Assembly: GCF_006345805.1 (NCBI RefSeq)
Contig: NC_043001.1
Span: 94,488,001 to 94,552,000 of the forward strand
Length of the DNA: 64,000 nucleotides
Source: Octopus sinensis
Taxonomy: Eukaryota
Direction of reading: 5' to 3'
Position 1 is the first letter of the stretch; each line of letters begins with the position of its first letter. The notes beneath the pieces were generated by a model that searched no databases, had not been told where the DNA came from, and saw only the letters and a list, made by a program, of their open reading frames with translations. Shown in pieces: positions 42,200-53,852 of this stretch. A program made the position numbers and the translations under genes.

Positions 42200-42305
42200 A
42201 TTTCTTACTGATGATTCTAAGGGCCTATGGAAGATTGGCTTAATTTAATTTAATCAGGTTAGTTACCATTAAACAGTAGATGAAACGGTGCATCGTATAA
42301 GAAAT
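42200..42305 (+). ncRNA. Type I hammerhead ribozyme, array copy 1
   Basis: Stem I ATTTCTTA/TAAGAAAT; core CTGATGA 42208-42214; long stem II; GAAAC 42282-42286; stem III ACGG-TGCA-TCGT; GUA triplet, predicted cleavage after 42297. Confidence 0.85.
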
Positions 42306-42686
42306 TACAGGGTAAATGTTTTTTAATTTTCTCCTGGTTTACGGAATTGATGTTATTTTGCGGTTGAAGCTTTTGGCTGTTATTTCTAGTGGGTGAATGG
42401 CCTATTATGGCCGTTCCTTGATTGTGATGTTGAACTTAAAAATGGTCTATGACTATTTAATTTTTTCCCACTAGGCCGCTGGTGGCAAAAAAATTCTACA
42501 AAATTTTTTGCCACCCTATATTGATTAATTATGAATTTTCTGGTTAATTCCGTAATGGAATCGGCGGCTTATATTTATTTGCTGCCGATAAATTTGGCGC
42601 GAGTGCGATGATTTGAAAATTTTAGGTCAGATATTGCCGAGGCAGGGAAGGAAATGCCTCGTGAAAATATCTGTTCCGACTTGGCT

Positions 42687-42793
42687 ATTTCTTACTGATG
42701 ATTCTAAGGGCCTATGGAAGATTGGCTTGATTTAATTTAATCAGGTTAGTTTACCATTAAACAGTAGATGAAACGGTGCATCGTATAAGAAAT
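42687..42793 (+). ncRNA. Type I hammerhead ribozyme, array copy 2
   Basis: Same architecture; CTGATGA 42695-42701; predicted cleavage after 42785. Confidence 0.85.
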
Positions 42794-43174
42794 TACAGGG
42801 TAAATGTTTTTTAATTTTCTCCTGGTTTACGGAATTGATGTTATTTTGCGGTTGAAGCTTTTGGCTGTTATTTCTAGTGGGTGAATGGCCTATTATGGCC
42901 GTTCCTTGATTGTGATGTTGAACTTAAAAATGGTCTATGACTATTTAATTTTTTCCCACTAGGCCGCTGGTGGCAAAAAAATTCTACAAAATTTTTTGCC
43001 ACCCTATATTGATTAATTATGAATTTTCTGGTTAATTCCGTAATGGAATCGGCGGCTTATATTTATTTGCTGCCGATAAATTTGGCGCGAGTGCGATGAT
43101 TTGAAAATTTTAGGTCAGATATTGCCGAGGCAGGGAAGGAAATGCCTCGTGAAAATATCTGTTCCGACTTGGCT

Positions 43175-43281
43175 ATTTCTTACTGATGATTCTAAGGGCC
43201 TATGGAAGATTGGCTTGATTTAATTTAATCAGGTTAGTTTACCATTAAACAGTAGATGAAACGGTGCATCGTATAAGAAAT
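43175..43281 (+). ncRNA. Type I hammerhead ribozyme, array copy 3
   Basis: Same architecture; CTGATGA 43183-43189; predicted cleavage after 43273. Confidence 0.85.
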
Positions 43282-43521
43282 TACAGGGTAAATGTTTTTT
43301 AATTTTCTCCTGGTTTACGGAATTGATGTTATTTTGCGGTTGAAGCTTTTGGCTGTTATTTCTAGTGGGTGAATGGCCTATTATGGCCGTTCCTTGATTG
43401 TGATGTTGAACTTAAAAATGGTCTATGACTATTTAATTTTTTCCCACTAGGCCGCTGGTGGCAAAAAAATTCTACAAAATTTTTTGCCACCCTATATTGA
43501 TTAATTATATGCATATATATA

Positions 43522-43554
<33 letters not shown>

Positions 43555-43663
43555 CATACATATATACATATATATATACATGCATATATATATATATATA
43601 TATATACATACATATATATATACATATATATATATATATGTGTATATATATATACATATATAT

Positions 43664-43708
<45 letters not shown>

Positions 43709-44509
43709 TATTTGTGTGTGTGTGTATGTGTGTGAGTGTGTTTGCGTGTATATAGGTTTGTCTGCTAGTGGTTATGGAAGACGCACATGTAATTAACATA
43801 TTTTTCTATTTTTCTGTCTTTTTATGTGTCATGCTTTATATGTGTTAAGTACATCTGAATTTTGTGTACAAGGTAACTTTTAGAGTCATCTATACTGAAA
43901 ATGTCAGATTGCCGGTGAATACAACATTGTCAGCTTGACATAACTTATGTCGTCAAATGTGATAAAACATTGATACGTAGTGAATAAATTATTGCATATT
44001 GTTTGCACCAAGCTTTCAACACTTGCATCAGAGGTTTCCTGTCAAATCGCTCAGATGGCATACAATTTGATAGCGATTTGTTTATGTAAAAATCTATCGA
44101 ACGTGGTCAAAGTAAAATCTTCCCTCTGCTACGCTATTTGAAATGTGCTGTAATATAATACATATACTTCTAAAGATACATGCACCCAAGGTAAATTATA
44201 TTATCATTCACTAAGATTAATCACTTTCTAACAAATGCTATGAAGTTATCAGAGTATCTTCGAATCATCTTTGAAGTAGGACATGAAAAAGTATTCGCCT
44301 TAGAGCATCTTTGTTAAACATGTTAAAGATTAATATTTCAGAACATCTTTCACAAATCTACACACTGAAACGAAATCCAAATTACAGTAGATTATGTCAT
44401 TTGTTACATGAAAATAAATCACCCCATGGACAAAATACACTGAATAGAATCAGTGAATTATCCTCCTTACATCTGAGATATATATTTGTAAATCTATTCC
44501 CTTATATTA

Positions 44510-46190
44510 GATGAACCACTACTTAGCCATACTTCGCAAAAACATACGCACAAGTACGAAAGAAAATATACAAGGCTTACTTCGATTGTTACTTAGGAGA
44601 CCAGGATAAGTCATGGACACCTCATGTGTGTGCCTTACATGTGTGAAGACACTGAGTGCCTGGTATGCAGGAAAAAAATGTTCACATGAAGTTTGGTGTA
44701 CCAATGATTTGGCGTGAGCAGAAAGATCACTCTAATGATTTTCTATTACTGTTACCATGACTTTACATGCTCTACTACAGCAAAGAAAAAGAAAAACATT
44801 GTTTACTGAAATTTGCAATCAGCAATGCACCCAGTAGAGCACCCAGAAAATTTACCTGTGCCCAAACATCCAGATCAAGAAATGCAGAGATCCAGCAGTG
44901 CTAAAGAATATTCCAGTAGTGTATCTATGAAGCCCAACGATCCTGAAAGCGAGAATAAACCATTATCATTTTCTCAGGAGGCTCTAAATGACTTCTGTGG
45001 GGATCTCTATTTAGCCAAAGGGAAAATTGAGCTTCTGGCATCAAAGCTTCAATAACGTAATCTTGAGAAAGGAGTGAAGATAACAATGAAAAGAAAACGT
45101 ACAGAGGATCTGCTTGTATTATTCACCATGAAGGATGACTTATGCTTTTGTAATGGCATCACTGGACTTTTTGAGCAACTTGAAATAAAACCAGCCGGCA
45201 ACGTTTTATAGATGCATGCAAGGACAGCATCAACGCTGTTCTGCAACACAATAGTAACGCTCTTCCGTCTGTTCCCATGGCCTATAGCACAACCATCAAA
45301 GAATCATATGAAAATCTGAAAGTAATTCTAACAAGCATACACTATGATGACTATACCTGGCATATTTATGCAGATTTTAAGGTTGTGGCCATGCTTACTG
45401 CCCTCCAGCTAAATTTTGCTACTTCCTAAGCTTATTGAATTCCAGAACCCTCCGCATTTGTTTATCTTGCAGAAAAAGTTCCCTTCCCTGAGTCAAGCTA
45501 AACTTAAAGAAGGTTGCTTTATAGGTCCCCAAATTCGAAAACTTGAACTTCATAAAACCTTCAGTACACATCACAAGATAAAAGAGATGCTTGTCTTTGA
45601 GTTATTTAAGAAAGTTTGGGCAACCATCGTTCAGAAGACTATGTGAAAAGTGTGAATGATCTGCTGAGTTATTACCATGATGTGGGATTTAACATGTCTC
45701 AAAAAGTTCATGTGTTTCACTCCAATTTGGATGTTTTTGCGGAAAATCTTGTTGATGTGAGTAATGAACATGGTGAAAGATTCCATCAGAATATTTCAGT
45801 GATGGAGTGACGATTCAAAAGTAAATTGAATCCTGTCATGTTGGCAGACTACTGCTGGGGTATAAGAAAAGAAGATCACACTCCGCACAAGAGGCTTAGA
45901 AGGACAAAAGTTGTTTAAACTGACAGGTGTATTTTTAATTCATAACCAATATATGTTTTGTTATACCGACTAAATTTTTGTTATGTTTTGTAACTTTCAG
46001 TATTTGCAATGTTGTGTTCAATACGCAATATTATGCAGTATATTATAAAATATATGGTTCATGGTACAGGAAAACGGTGCCTAATCTGGAGGAATAAAGG
46101 TCAGAATCAGAATCAGGACAATCTTTTGACTCAGTAACATGTCTTACTTAACTTGTACTTTTTTTAAAATCTGAAATTTGTTGCACAGGG
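44510..46190 (+). mobile_element. CMC/Chapaev3 DNA transposon, decayed transposase with right TIR
   Basis: NL.SAMHPV.H..LPVP; KVHVFHSNLDVFAENLVDVSNEHGERFHQNI..ME; MLADYCW. Right end TTTGTTGCACAGGG followed by TAA. Confidence 0.82.
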
Positions 46191-46221
46191 TAATCTTTAC
46201 GGTATATGTGTATGATTGTTT

Positions 46222-46512
46222 GTTCCTTCTCGAGCCACGCCTGGCTCATAAGGGACGGTTTCACACTTTCCTTGGCGTATAGGTTACCCACCTGGACAGG
46301 ACACCGGTCCGTCGCAGATGCAGGAGGAAAAAGAGTGAGAGAAAGTTGTGGCGAAAGAGTCAGCAGAAGTTTGTTAATATCTTCTGCCGGAGCCGCATGA
46401 AGCTTAGGTGTTTCGCTCATAAACACACACAATGCCCGGTCTGAGATTCGAACCCGCGATCCCTCGACCGAGAGTCCGCTGCTCTAACCACTAGGCCAAG
46501 TGCCTCCACTGA
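46222..46512 (-). mobile_element. tRNA-derived SINE (family D) with 14-bp TSD
   Basis: TSD GTGTATGATTGTTT at 46208-46221 and 46513-46526. Confidence 0.88.
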
Positions 46513-47196
46513 GTGTATGATTGTTTATGCCTATATCTATTCATGGCACATGCATACCTTTATCCATATACACTCTCCATAAAAACACATGCGCACTGTA
46601 TAAATATGTACGTATATGTAAACCATAAAAGCATGACAATGTAATGCTATATTGTATTCTTTTAAATCCATAACATAAGGACAAAGTAAATATATTTCGA
46701 GAACATCCTTTACATTTTGTTTTTCTATTAAACAAAATATTCAACATTTTGTATCTGAAATTCAGAATCACATGAGACACTCTTGTCAATGTTTGAAATA
46801 GAAACTAAACGTTCTATATTCACAATTATTGTAGTATGCCCTCAAGTGTAGGTGTTGTTCATCTTCCTATATTCTATAATATCGTTGTCGGTGGCGGCAT
46901 ATGTATGAGAAGATTTGCATTTATTTAACATTTACATCTAGTACATGTTTAGTTATATGATTGTCATTTCTTTTTTCTTCGTCAAATTTACGCATGGTTT
47001 ATTTTCTTCCAAGAACTTAATTACAAGATGGTGTAAACAGCCAATGGCAGAATCGTTAAGTGATACTGTACAACTGAATTGTGCTTTCAACGTGGAAATA
47101 TATATATATATATATATATATAATAATCTAATAGATAAAACATATGCATACATACATATATGTACATACCTACATTTATATGTGTATATATATATA

Positions 47197-47239
<43 letters not shown>

Positions 47240-47455
47240 ATATATGTATATATATTACTTATTTTTATTTTTACATGGGAGCTATCTTATTTATTTTCTC
47301 TCTATATGTTAAAGAGCGTGTACATATTTATATAAATCTATAAGTATATCTACGCATGTATATAAGTGTATATATAGAAATACACATACATCCACGCACG
47401 CATATTTTAATGTAATATATATACATACAGTCATATATGTACATATTTACAAACA

Positions 47456-47509
<54 letters not shown>

Positions 47510-48407
47510 AAGATGCATGCATGTGTGTATGCATATACATACATACATCGACACACACACATATAAATTTATAGTTATGCATATATGTTTACCCCCCATA
47601 TACATACATATATATGAATGAATAAATGTGGAATATAATGTGTATATCTTTGCGTTGTGTATGCCTTTTTTTCTTGCAATCTATATAAATTGGATTTGTT
47701 TATGTTACTTACAAATTATTTTCAGATATGTTTATAAGTTTTATATGTATATACAATATTGCAGTATTTATATACATATGCCTTTCTGAAACTTCCCGAT
47801 TGTATGTAGAGAAGCAGATGAACATTTGTTGCCATGCTATCTATATATTTGTTATAATGGAATACTGTACGTCGTTTATGCAATCCTACGCTTGAATCTT
47901 GTCAATAAACACGCTCGTACGAGCCAATATATTATCTTAGCTTGGTTGTTTAGCATGCAAAAAATAACAACAAAAATTCCTCTACATGTGCTCGCCAGAA
48001 ACACGTTGATAAGATGCCGTGCCGTCTTAAGTTCCTATTTCAACCTAATTTTACACAAATCATTCCTGAAGCTACATATGAAGCAACGTCAGTACCTCCT
48101 GACTCTCTCTGTAAGTATGACATGTGAAAAAAGAAATTCGAATATTTACTGTTATATATCCATTGCCAGAGGTAGTGACGAGGAAAACATCAATTAAAAC
48201 CGCGCAGTGAAGTCTAGTTTCGTTCTGAAACGTAACATGAAAGACATGTATTTTAGGGAAGCACTGGAGTGGAATTAAAAACTGGTTTGGTACTGTTTAT
48301 TCCTCATGGTATTTAAACATATTCGATGCGGTGCTTATATTGATGAAAATAAGCGTAAATTTCCCAAAGTCGTCTCTCTTTTTACAAGAATGTAAAACGA
48401 TAAACAT

Positions 48408-48695
48408 CGCCCTTTCCAGGTCTAATCAGGCTCATGGGCCTGGTTTCCCGGTTTCCGTGGTGTATGTGCCCCCACCCAGATGGACGGGACGCCAGTCCAT
48501 CGTATCGTTACTCAAGAAACAGGAAGAGAGAGTGAGAGAAAGTTGTGGCGAAAGAGTACAACAGGGGTCGCCACCAGACCCTGCCGGATCCTCGTGGAGT
48601 TTCTAGGTGTTTTCGCTCAATAAACACACACAACACCTGTCTGGAAATCGAAACAGCGTTCCTCCGACCTAACCACTGGGCCATCGTGCATCCAC
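48408..48695 (-). mobile_element. tRNA-derived SINE (family D)
   Basis: Aligns to 8914-9222. Confidence 0.85.
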
Positions 48696-49513
48696 TTTAC
48701 AAACATGTACTTAGCTTAACTGATAGAAGTACCTACATCGCTGGACACTGGAAAGAAAAGCATCTAATCTCAAATACATTGTGGCAGGTATGTTTGTATG
48801 TATGTATGTATGTATGTATGTATGTATGTATGTATGTATGTATGTATGTATGTATGTATGTATGTTTGTATGTAAGCACACACACACTCACACAAATACG
48901 CACACACATATACATATATTGTTTGTTTCAACAAGGTCATGACCTGTCCAACTGGAAGAAGGTATCATAGAAACGATCAAATCTTCAGTTAAAGCATATC
49001 ACTGTGTATGTTCTTAAGGGGGCAAATTTGCCCTTGTAGATCATCAAATACGTGACGTGAAGGACAAGTTAATATGCTGTATATGCTGTGAATGCTGTGA
49101 ACGCTGTGAATGGTTCCTAATTTCAGGAATATGGAGAGAGTAATCATGGATGAAGTTCAATGCTCTCTTCTGTTTTGATTCAATACTCACACACAATTGA
49201 AAGATTTTAACGACCTTAGGATCATTGGCTGCTTTCTTCCTCGCAATGAAAATAATCCAAATATAAAAGGGAGAAGCCTTCAAGCCTCTGACGAAGTTTC
49301 TATTATCGGTAAACAATCGCTTCCTGAGAGACGATTAGGATTCCTTCAATCCATGGCTAATATTTAGAGAAAATTTAGACTTCAAATTAAGAAGCCTCCA
49401 AACCTAGAAATATGCGACAATAGTTGAAATAATGTTGATTCCGAACAAATGAAAATGTATAGTGTGCAAGCATATGTATATATATATACATATATGCATG
49501 TACGTATTATGTA

Positions 49514-49553
<40 letters not shown>

Positions 49554-49617
49554 ATGTGTGTGTGTAGTGTGCAAGCATATGTATATATATATATATATAT
49601 ATTTATTATATAGAAGG

Positions 49618-49668
49618 AGCTTCTACAGGACTAGAACTCTTTCATTCAAGAGAAATCTTCAGGAAGCT
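49618..49668 (-). ncRNA. Hammerhead ribozyme, inverted copy (GAAAG variant, stem III disrupted)
   Basis: Reverse complement of 51745-51795 with a C>G change after GAAA. Confidence 0.65.
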
Positions 49669-49972
49669 AGTTAACAAGAATTGTATTGGCATTTATACAT
49701 TTAGGCAGGTTTAAAGGGGTGGTGGTAGGGGACTTTTTTTGGGGTAGGCATAGCGCAAAATATCATACTTGGGGGAGTGGTCAAGGAGTCAGTGGTAAAT
49801 TAGATGTATTTGTATGTGTATGCATGCGCGTATATATATGTATGTATATGTATACGTGTGGGTGTGTGTATGTGTATATATGTATGTATGTATGGATGTA
49901 TGGATGTATGTATGTATGTATACGTATGTATGTGTATGTGTGTATATGTATGTATGTATGTATGTGTATGTG

Positions 49973-50013
<41 letters not shown>

Positions 50014-50292
50014 TTTTATATATAGAGGGCATTATACATACATGCCAGAGGGCATTATACATTCATGTATGTATAATGCCCTCTGGCATGTATGTATAAT
50101 GCCCTCTGGCATGTATGTATAATGCCCTCTATATATAAATTAATATGTTCAATAAGAAATAATTATTTTCGAAATTTTTTTCTCTTATGAGGTTTTCACG
50201 CTATCTACCTGACAATTTCTTGTTAAGTTTTCCTTATTAAGTAGTTGTCCTTTATTGCTATATATATATATATATTATATATATATATATAT

Positions 50293-50666
50293 ACTAGCAG
50301 TATCGTCCGGCGTTGCTCAGGTTTGTAAGGGAAATAACTATAAAGCATTTTTAGAGAGTTATAGCCAAAAAATAGCAAAAAAATGGAAAAAAAATGATGG
50401 TAAATTTTGTTTTAGAGTTAAAAAAGGTGGAGTGCGTCCCCTAGACGGTCTGTGGTTTGGGTTTTTGATTCTCGACCCCATGTCGAATTATCGATTTTTT
50501 TCAGAACTGGGGGAACTTTTCAAATTTCGATGCGTTAGTTTTGAATTATGACATTGGGCTATGTGTGTGTCAAGTTTCATCAGAATCGGTTGAAAGCCGT
50601 GGTCAGGGTGAGGGTACGAGAAAACAGACACACAGAAAACGCACAGACAAACTGCCGTTTATATAT

Positions 50667-50670
<4 letters not shown>
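50293..50670 (-). mobile_element. Non-autonomous Helitron
   Basis: Minus strand starts ATCTCTATATATAAACGG and ends GAGCAACGCCGGACGATACTGCTAGT; shares its 3' end with 2409-2805. Confidence 0.8.
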
Positions 50671-50709
<39 letters not shown>

Positions 50710-51097
50710 GTATGTATTTGTATGTAGGTGTATATGTATGTGTGTATATATATTTATTGGTGTATATGTATAGACTAGTCTTCTAAGAGTGTAGACATGA
50801 ATCTGTAGGTACGCGTACGTATGTGTATATACGTGAATGTATGTAGATGTATGTATGAATATAACGCGTGCGTGCGTGTATGTGTATGAGTGTACGAATG
50901 AGTGAGTGTGCGTGCGTGAATGAGTGCTTATTTTCAAGTAGAAAGATTAATGGACTTGCTGTCATAGCCAAGATGCTTGTGACCAGCGGTCAAAGATAAC
51001 AAAAGTAATAAATGAAGATAATAAAATTAAAATTAGGGAATGGGTCTGTTTTTGTATGTATATACATGTGTGTATGTGTAGGTATGTATAGGTACAC

Positions 51098-51139
<42 letters not shown>

Positions 51140-51341
51140 GTGTGTATGTGTATATATGTGTATATAGGGACTTGTGTGTTGTGTGTGGTGTTGTGTGTGC
51201 ATGTGTGTATGTGGATATGTGTGTGTATGCGTGTATGTGTATGTGTGTGTATGTATATATATTTTTCTGTGTGTATATGTATGTGTGGTCGTGTGTGTAT
51301 ATATACATGTGTGTATATGTGTATGCATGTGTGTGTGTGTT

Positions 51342-51390
<49 letters not shown>

Positions 51391-51744
51391 ATGTGTAGAT
51401 ATGTGTATGTATGTGTATGTGTATATATATGTATATGTGTGAGTGTGTATGTATGTGAGTATATATGTGTGTGTGTGTACATATGTGTATATGTATAGGT
51501 GAGAATCCCCTTATTTACCTAAAACTCTATTCTTTTTTATATATATTTTTTTTATTTTTTTTATTTTTTTTATTTTATTATTTTTTTATTCTTTTATTTA
51601 TTCTTTTATCTAATTTACCACTGACTCCTTGACCACTCCCCCAAGTATGATATTTTGCGCTATGCCTACCCCCCAAAAAGTCCCCCACCACCACCCCTTT
51701 AAACCTGCCTAAATGTATAAATGCCAATACAATTCTTGTTAACT

Positions 51745-51795
51745 AGCTTCCTGAAGATTTTTCTTGAATGAAACAGTTCTAGTCCTGTAGAAGCT
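51745..51795 (+). ncRNA. Compact type I hammerhead ribozyme
   Basis: AGCTTC-CTGAAGA-TTTT(TCTT)GAAT-GAAAC-AG(TTCTAGTC)CT-GTA-GAAGCT; predicted cleavage after 51789. Confidence 0.8.
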
Positions 51796-52059
51796 CCTTC
51801 TATATAATAAATTAATTTTACTCTGCTATGTATTGAGTACCTTATTTACTGTGGTTAACCCCGAATCAACCCGGGACCTACATATATATATATATATTAT
51901 ATATATATTATATATATATATAATATAAATTTATATAAATAAGGTTAATATCGTTATTTAAATATCGGACATATCAAGTAGCCAGCATGGGAATAAAAAC
52001 CTTCAAATGTAATAATTATTATTAAAATTATAATTTAGGGTATCTAAGAGATACTACCA

Positions 52060-52345
52060 CGGTGACGCGCAAGCAAACCAGCAGAGATTGTGGTTCGTTC
52101 ATTTTTGTTGTCAATTACAGCATGCGGAACCCATGCTCCATACGTCTTAACCTTTCCCATCATGGGAAGATGCTTTTCTATAACAGTGTGGGAACATTGC
52201 ATTTTCTCTGCCAGATCCCATGTCGTTTGATGAGAATTTTCGTGCCAAAGTTGGTTTAATCGCTCTTCATCGAACTCAATAGGACGACCAAGACGAAGCG
52301 CGTCTTTAAGGTCAAAATTTCCATATTTCAAAAATTCCATATTTG
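52060..52345 (-). mobile_element. Mariner transposase N-terminal (HTH) fragment
   Basis: DLKDALRLGRPIEFDE...TT.DLAEK...GKVK..GAWVPH. Confidence 0.88.
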
Positions 52346-52879
52346 AACTTGGCATACCAATGTACGACTATATATATATACATCTACACATAAAATACAA
52401 AATACAAAGTTATATCTTGATATACAATACTCAAAATATATAACAGACTGGAATTGTAGGCCCGTCTCTTGCAATTTCGATCAATTGGATCTTGTCCTCC
52501 CTCTTGTATAGAAGTGTACGGCTGCAGCGAAATCCATTTTTGGACTTTCTTCTATCGAAGGCATTTTAAGAAACATGCTTCCGTAAAGACGGTGAAAATA
52601 TTGTCAGTTTCCTCAAACAGGAACACAATTCAATTACGGTTTACAATTATTAACAAATGTAGTACAACAACGTTTCCCTGACGAGGAATCAACAAACGTG
52701 ATTACAATAGTCAAACAGTAATAATAATAACAACAAACCTTTTTAATTTATCCCCAGTTATGTGAAACCACTTATTCAGGTTCAAGTCATTGATGCAATT
52801 TTATACGAATTGCTAATACACACACACATAATAAGGGTGAAAAGTTGAATATTAATTTGATTAATATGAATTGAAAACC

Positions 52880-53365
52880 AGTGGTGTAGCATATAAGACC
52901 ATAGCGGATCTTCTTCTAGCAAAATGGATGACCATTTTTAATGGTTCTTCCCTGTTATATAATACTTTCACTTTAATAGTTTCAGTATTAAAGTGAATGT
53001 CTGCATTACAATAGAGAGATGTTTTTGTTTCACTTTTAACACGTAATACTGAAATCGTGGAGAAGATATGATATTGCTGTGGGGTGGCCTTGGGAAAAAG
53101 TTCAGATTTTTTGCCGATGATACTCCCCGGACCTAAAGTAAGGCATGTGTAAAATTTGAATGAAATTGGTTGTGTAGTTCTCAAGTTTTAGGGAATCGTA
53201 GTGGAGAAGATATTATATTGCTGTGGGCTCGCCCTGGGAAAAAGTTAAAATATTTTGCCGATGACACTCCCCGGACCCTAAGTAAGGCATATGTAAAATT
53301 TGAATGAAATTGGTTGTGTAGTTCTCAAGTTTTAGAGAAACACACAGACAGACAAACATACAGAC
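52880..53365 (-). mobile_element. Helitron-like element with an internal ~130-bp tandem duplication
   Basis: AAATTTGAATGAAATTGGTTGTGTAGTTCTCAAG occurs twice (about 53152 and 53297); CAGA microsatellite end. Confidence 0.55.
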
Positions 53366-53423
53366 AGACAGACACACATTCTCCAAGAGAACATCCTCTC
53401 CAGTTGGCTATTGACACACTTAC

Positions 53424-53852
53424 GTGCGAGATATCATTTCCGACTACCTGTCACTATATTTTATGTATATATGTATATATATATGTATTTATGTACGTAT
53501 ATGTATGTCCGTCTTCCCTTCCTTGGACCTTTCCTTTTTCTATTTCTGACGAAGAGCTCCGCTCGAAGCGTCAAATCCTCCTTATCTCTTTCCTTTCCTG
53601 AGCGTTCAATAACACCATACTTGTTCCACGTCCTCGAGTTGTTGTGTTTTCTCTTCATGTTTGGATTAACCATAACTTGTTTTGTGCTGGTAGATCTTTG
53701 TTACGTGGCGGTCCAGCAAATGAAATCGACGTAATATGTTTGGCTGGTTCGGTCGACTAAACTCGACTAACTCCAACATAGCCACAATCTAGCGAGTAAA
53801 AGTAGTCAAAGATAAAATATAGTGACAGGTAGAGGGAAACGATATCTCGCAC
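53424..53852. mobile_element. Element bounded by 39-bp inverted repeats (53424-53462 / 53814-53852), containing a Penelope-type terminal fragment
   Basis: GTGCGAGATATCATTTCCGACTACCTGTCACTATATTTT vs AAAATATAGTGACAGGTAGAGGGAAACGATATCTCGCAC. Confidence 0.6.
53542..53576 (+). ncRNA. Minimal PLE-type hammerhead, probably inactivated (GAAG instead of GAAA)
   Basis: ATTT-CTGACGA-A-GAGC(TCC)GCTC-GAAG-C-GTC-AAAT. Confidence 0.55.

Larger units (their letters stand above)
41815..43508 (+). repeat. Tandem array of ~3.5 copies of a 488-bp non-coding unit, three of which carry a complete type I hammerhead ribozyme (retrozyme-like / non-autonomous Penelope-type)
   Basis: AATTACAGGGTAAATG recurs at 41815, 42303, 42791 and 43279 (period 488). 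Units 2 and 3 look identical; unit 1 differs at about 6 positions. Flanked by (TA)n on both sides. No meaningful ORF. Confidence 0.95.
49601..51880 (+). mobile_element. Non-coding Penelope-type element bounded by ~205-bp inverted repeats (49601-49805 / 51608-51812) that carry an HHR
   Basis: Near-perfect inverted repeat seen directly. Interior is microsatellite plus a Helitron insertion. Ends abut (TA)n. Confidence 0.7.

Noticed and set aside
41815-43508. CRISPR-like or simple satellite interpretation of the tandem array
   Set aside because: Units are 488 bp with no unique spacers, the context is eukaryotic, and the HHR plus structure explain it better.
49115-49365. Plus-strand frame with an in-frame TGA (selenoprotein or readthrough idea)
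   Set aside because: No SECIS or recognisable homology; the length is compatible with chance.
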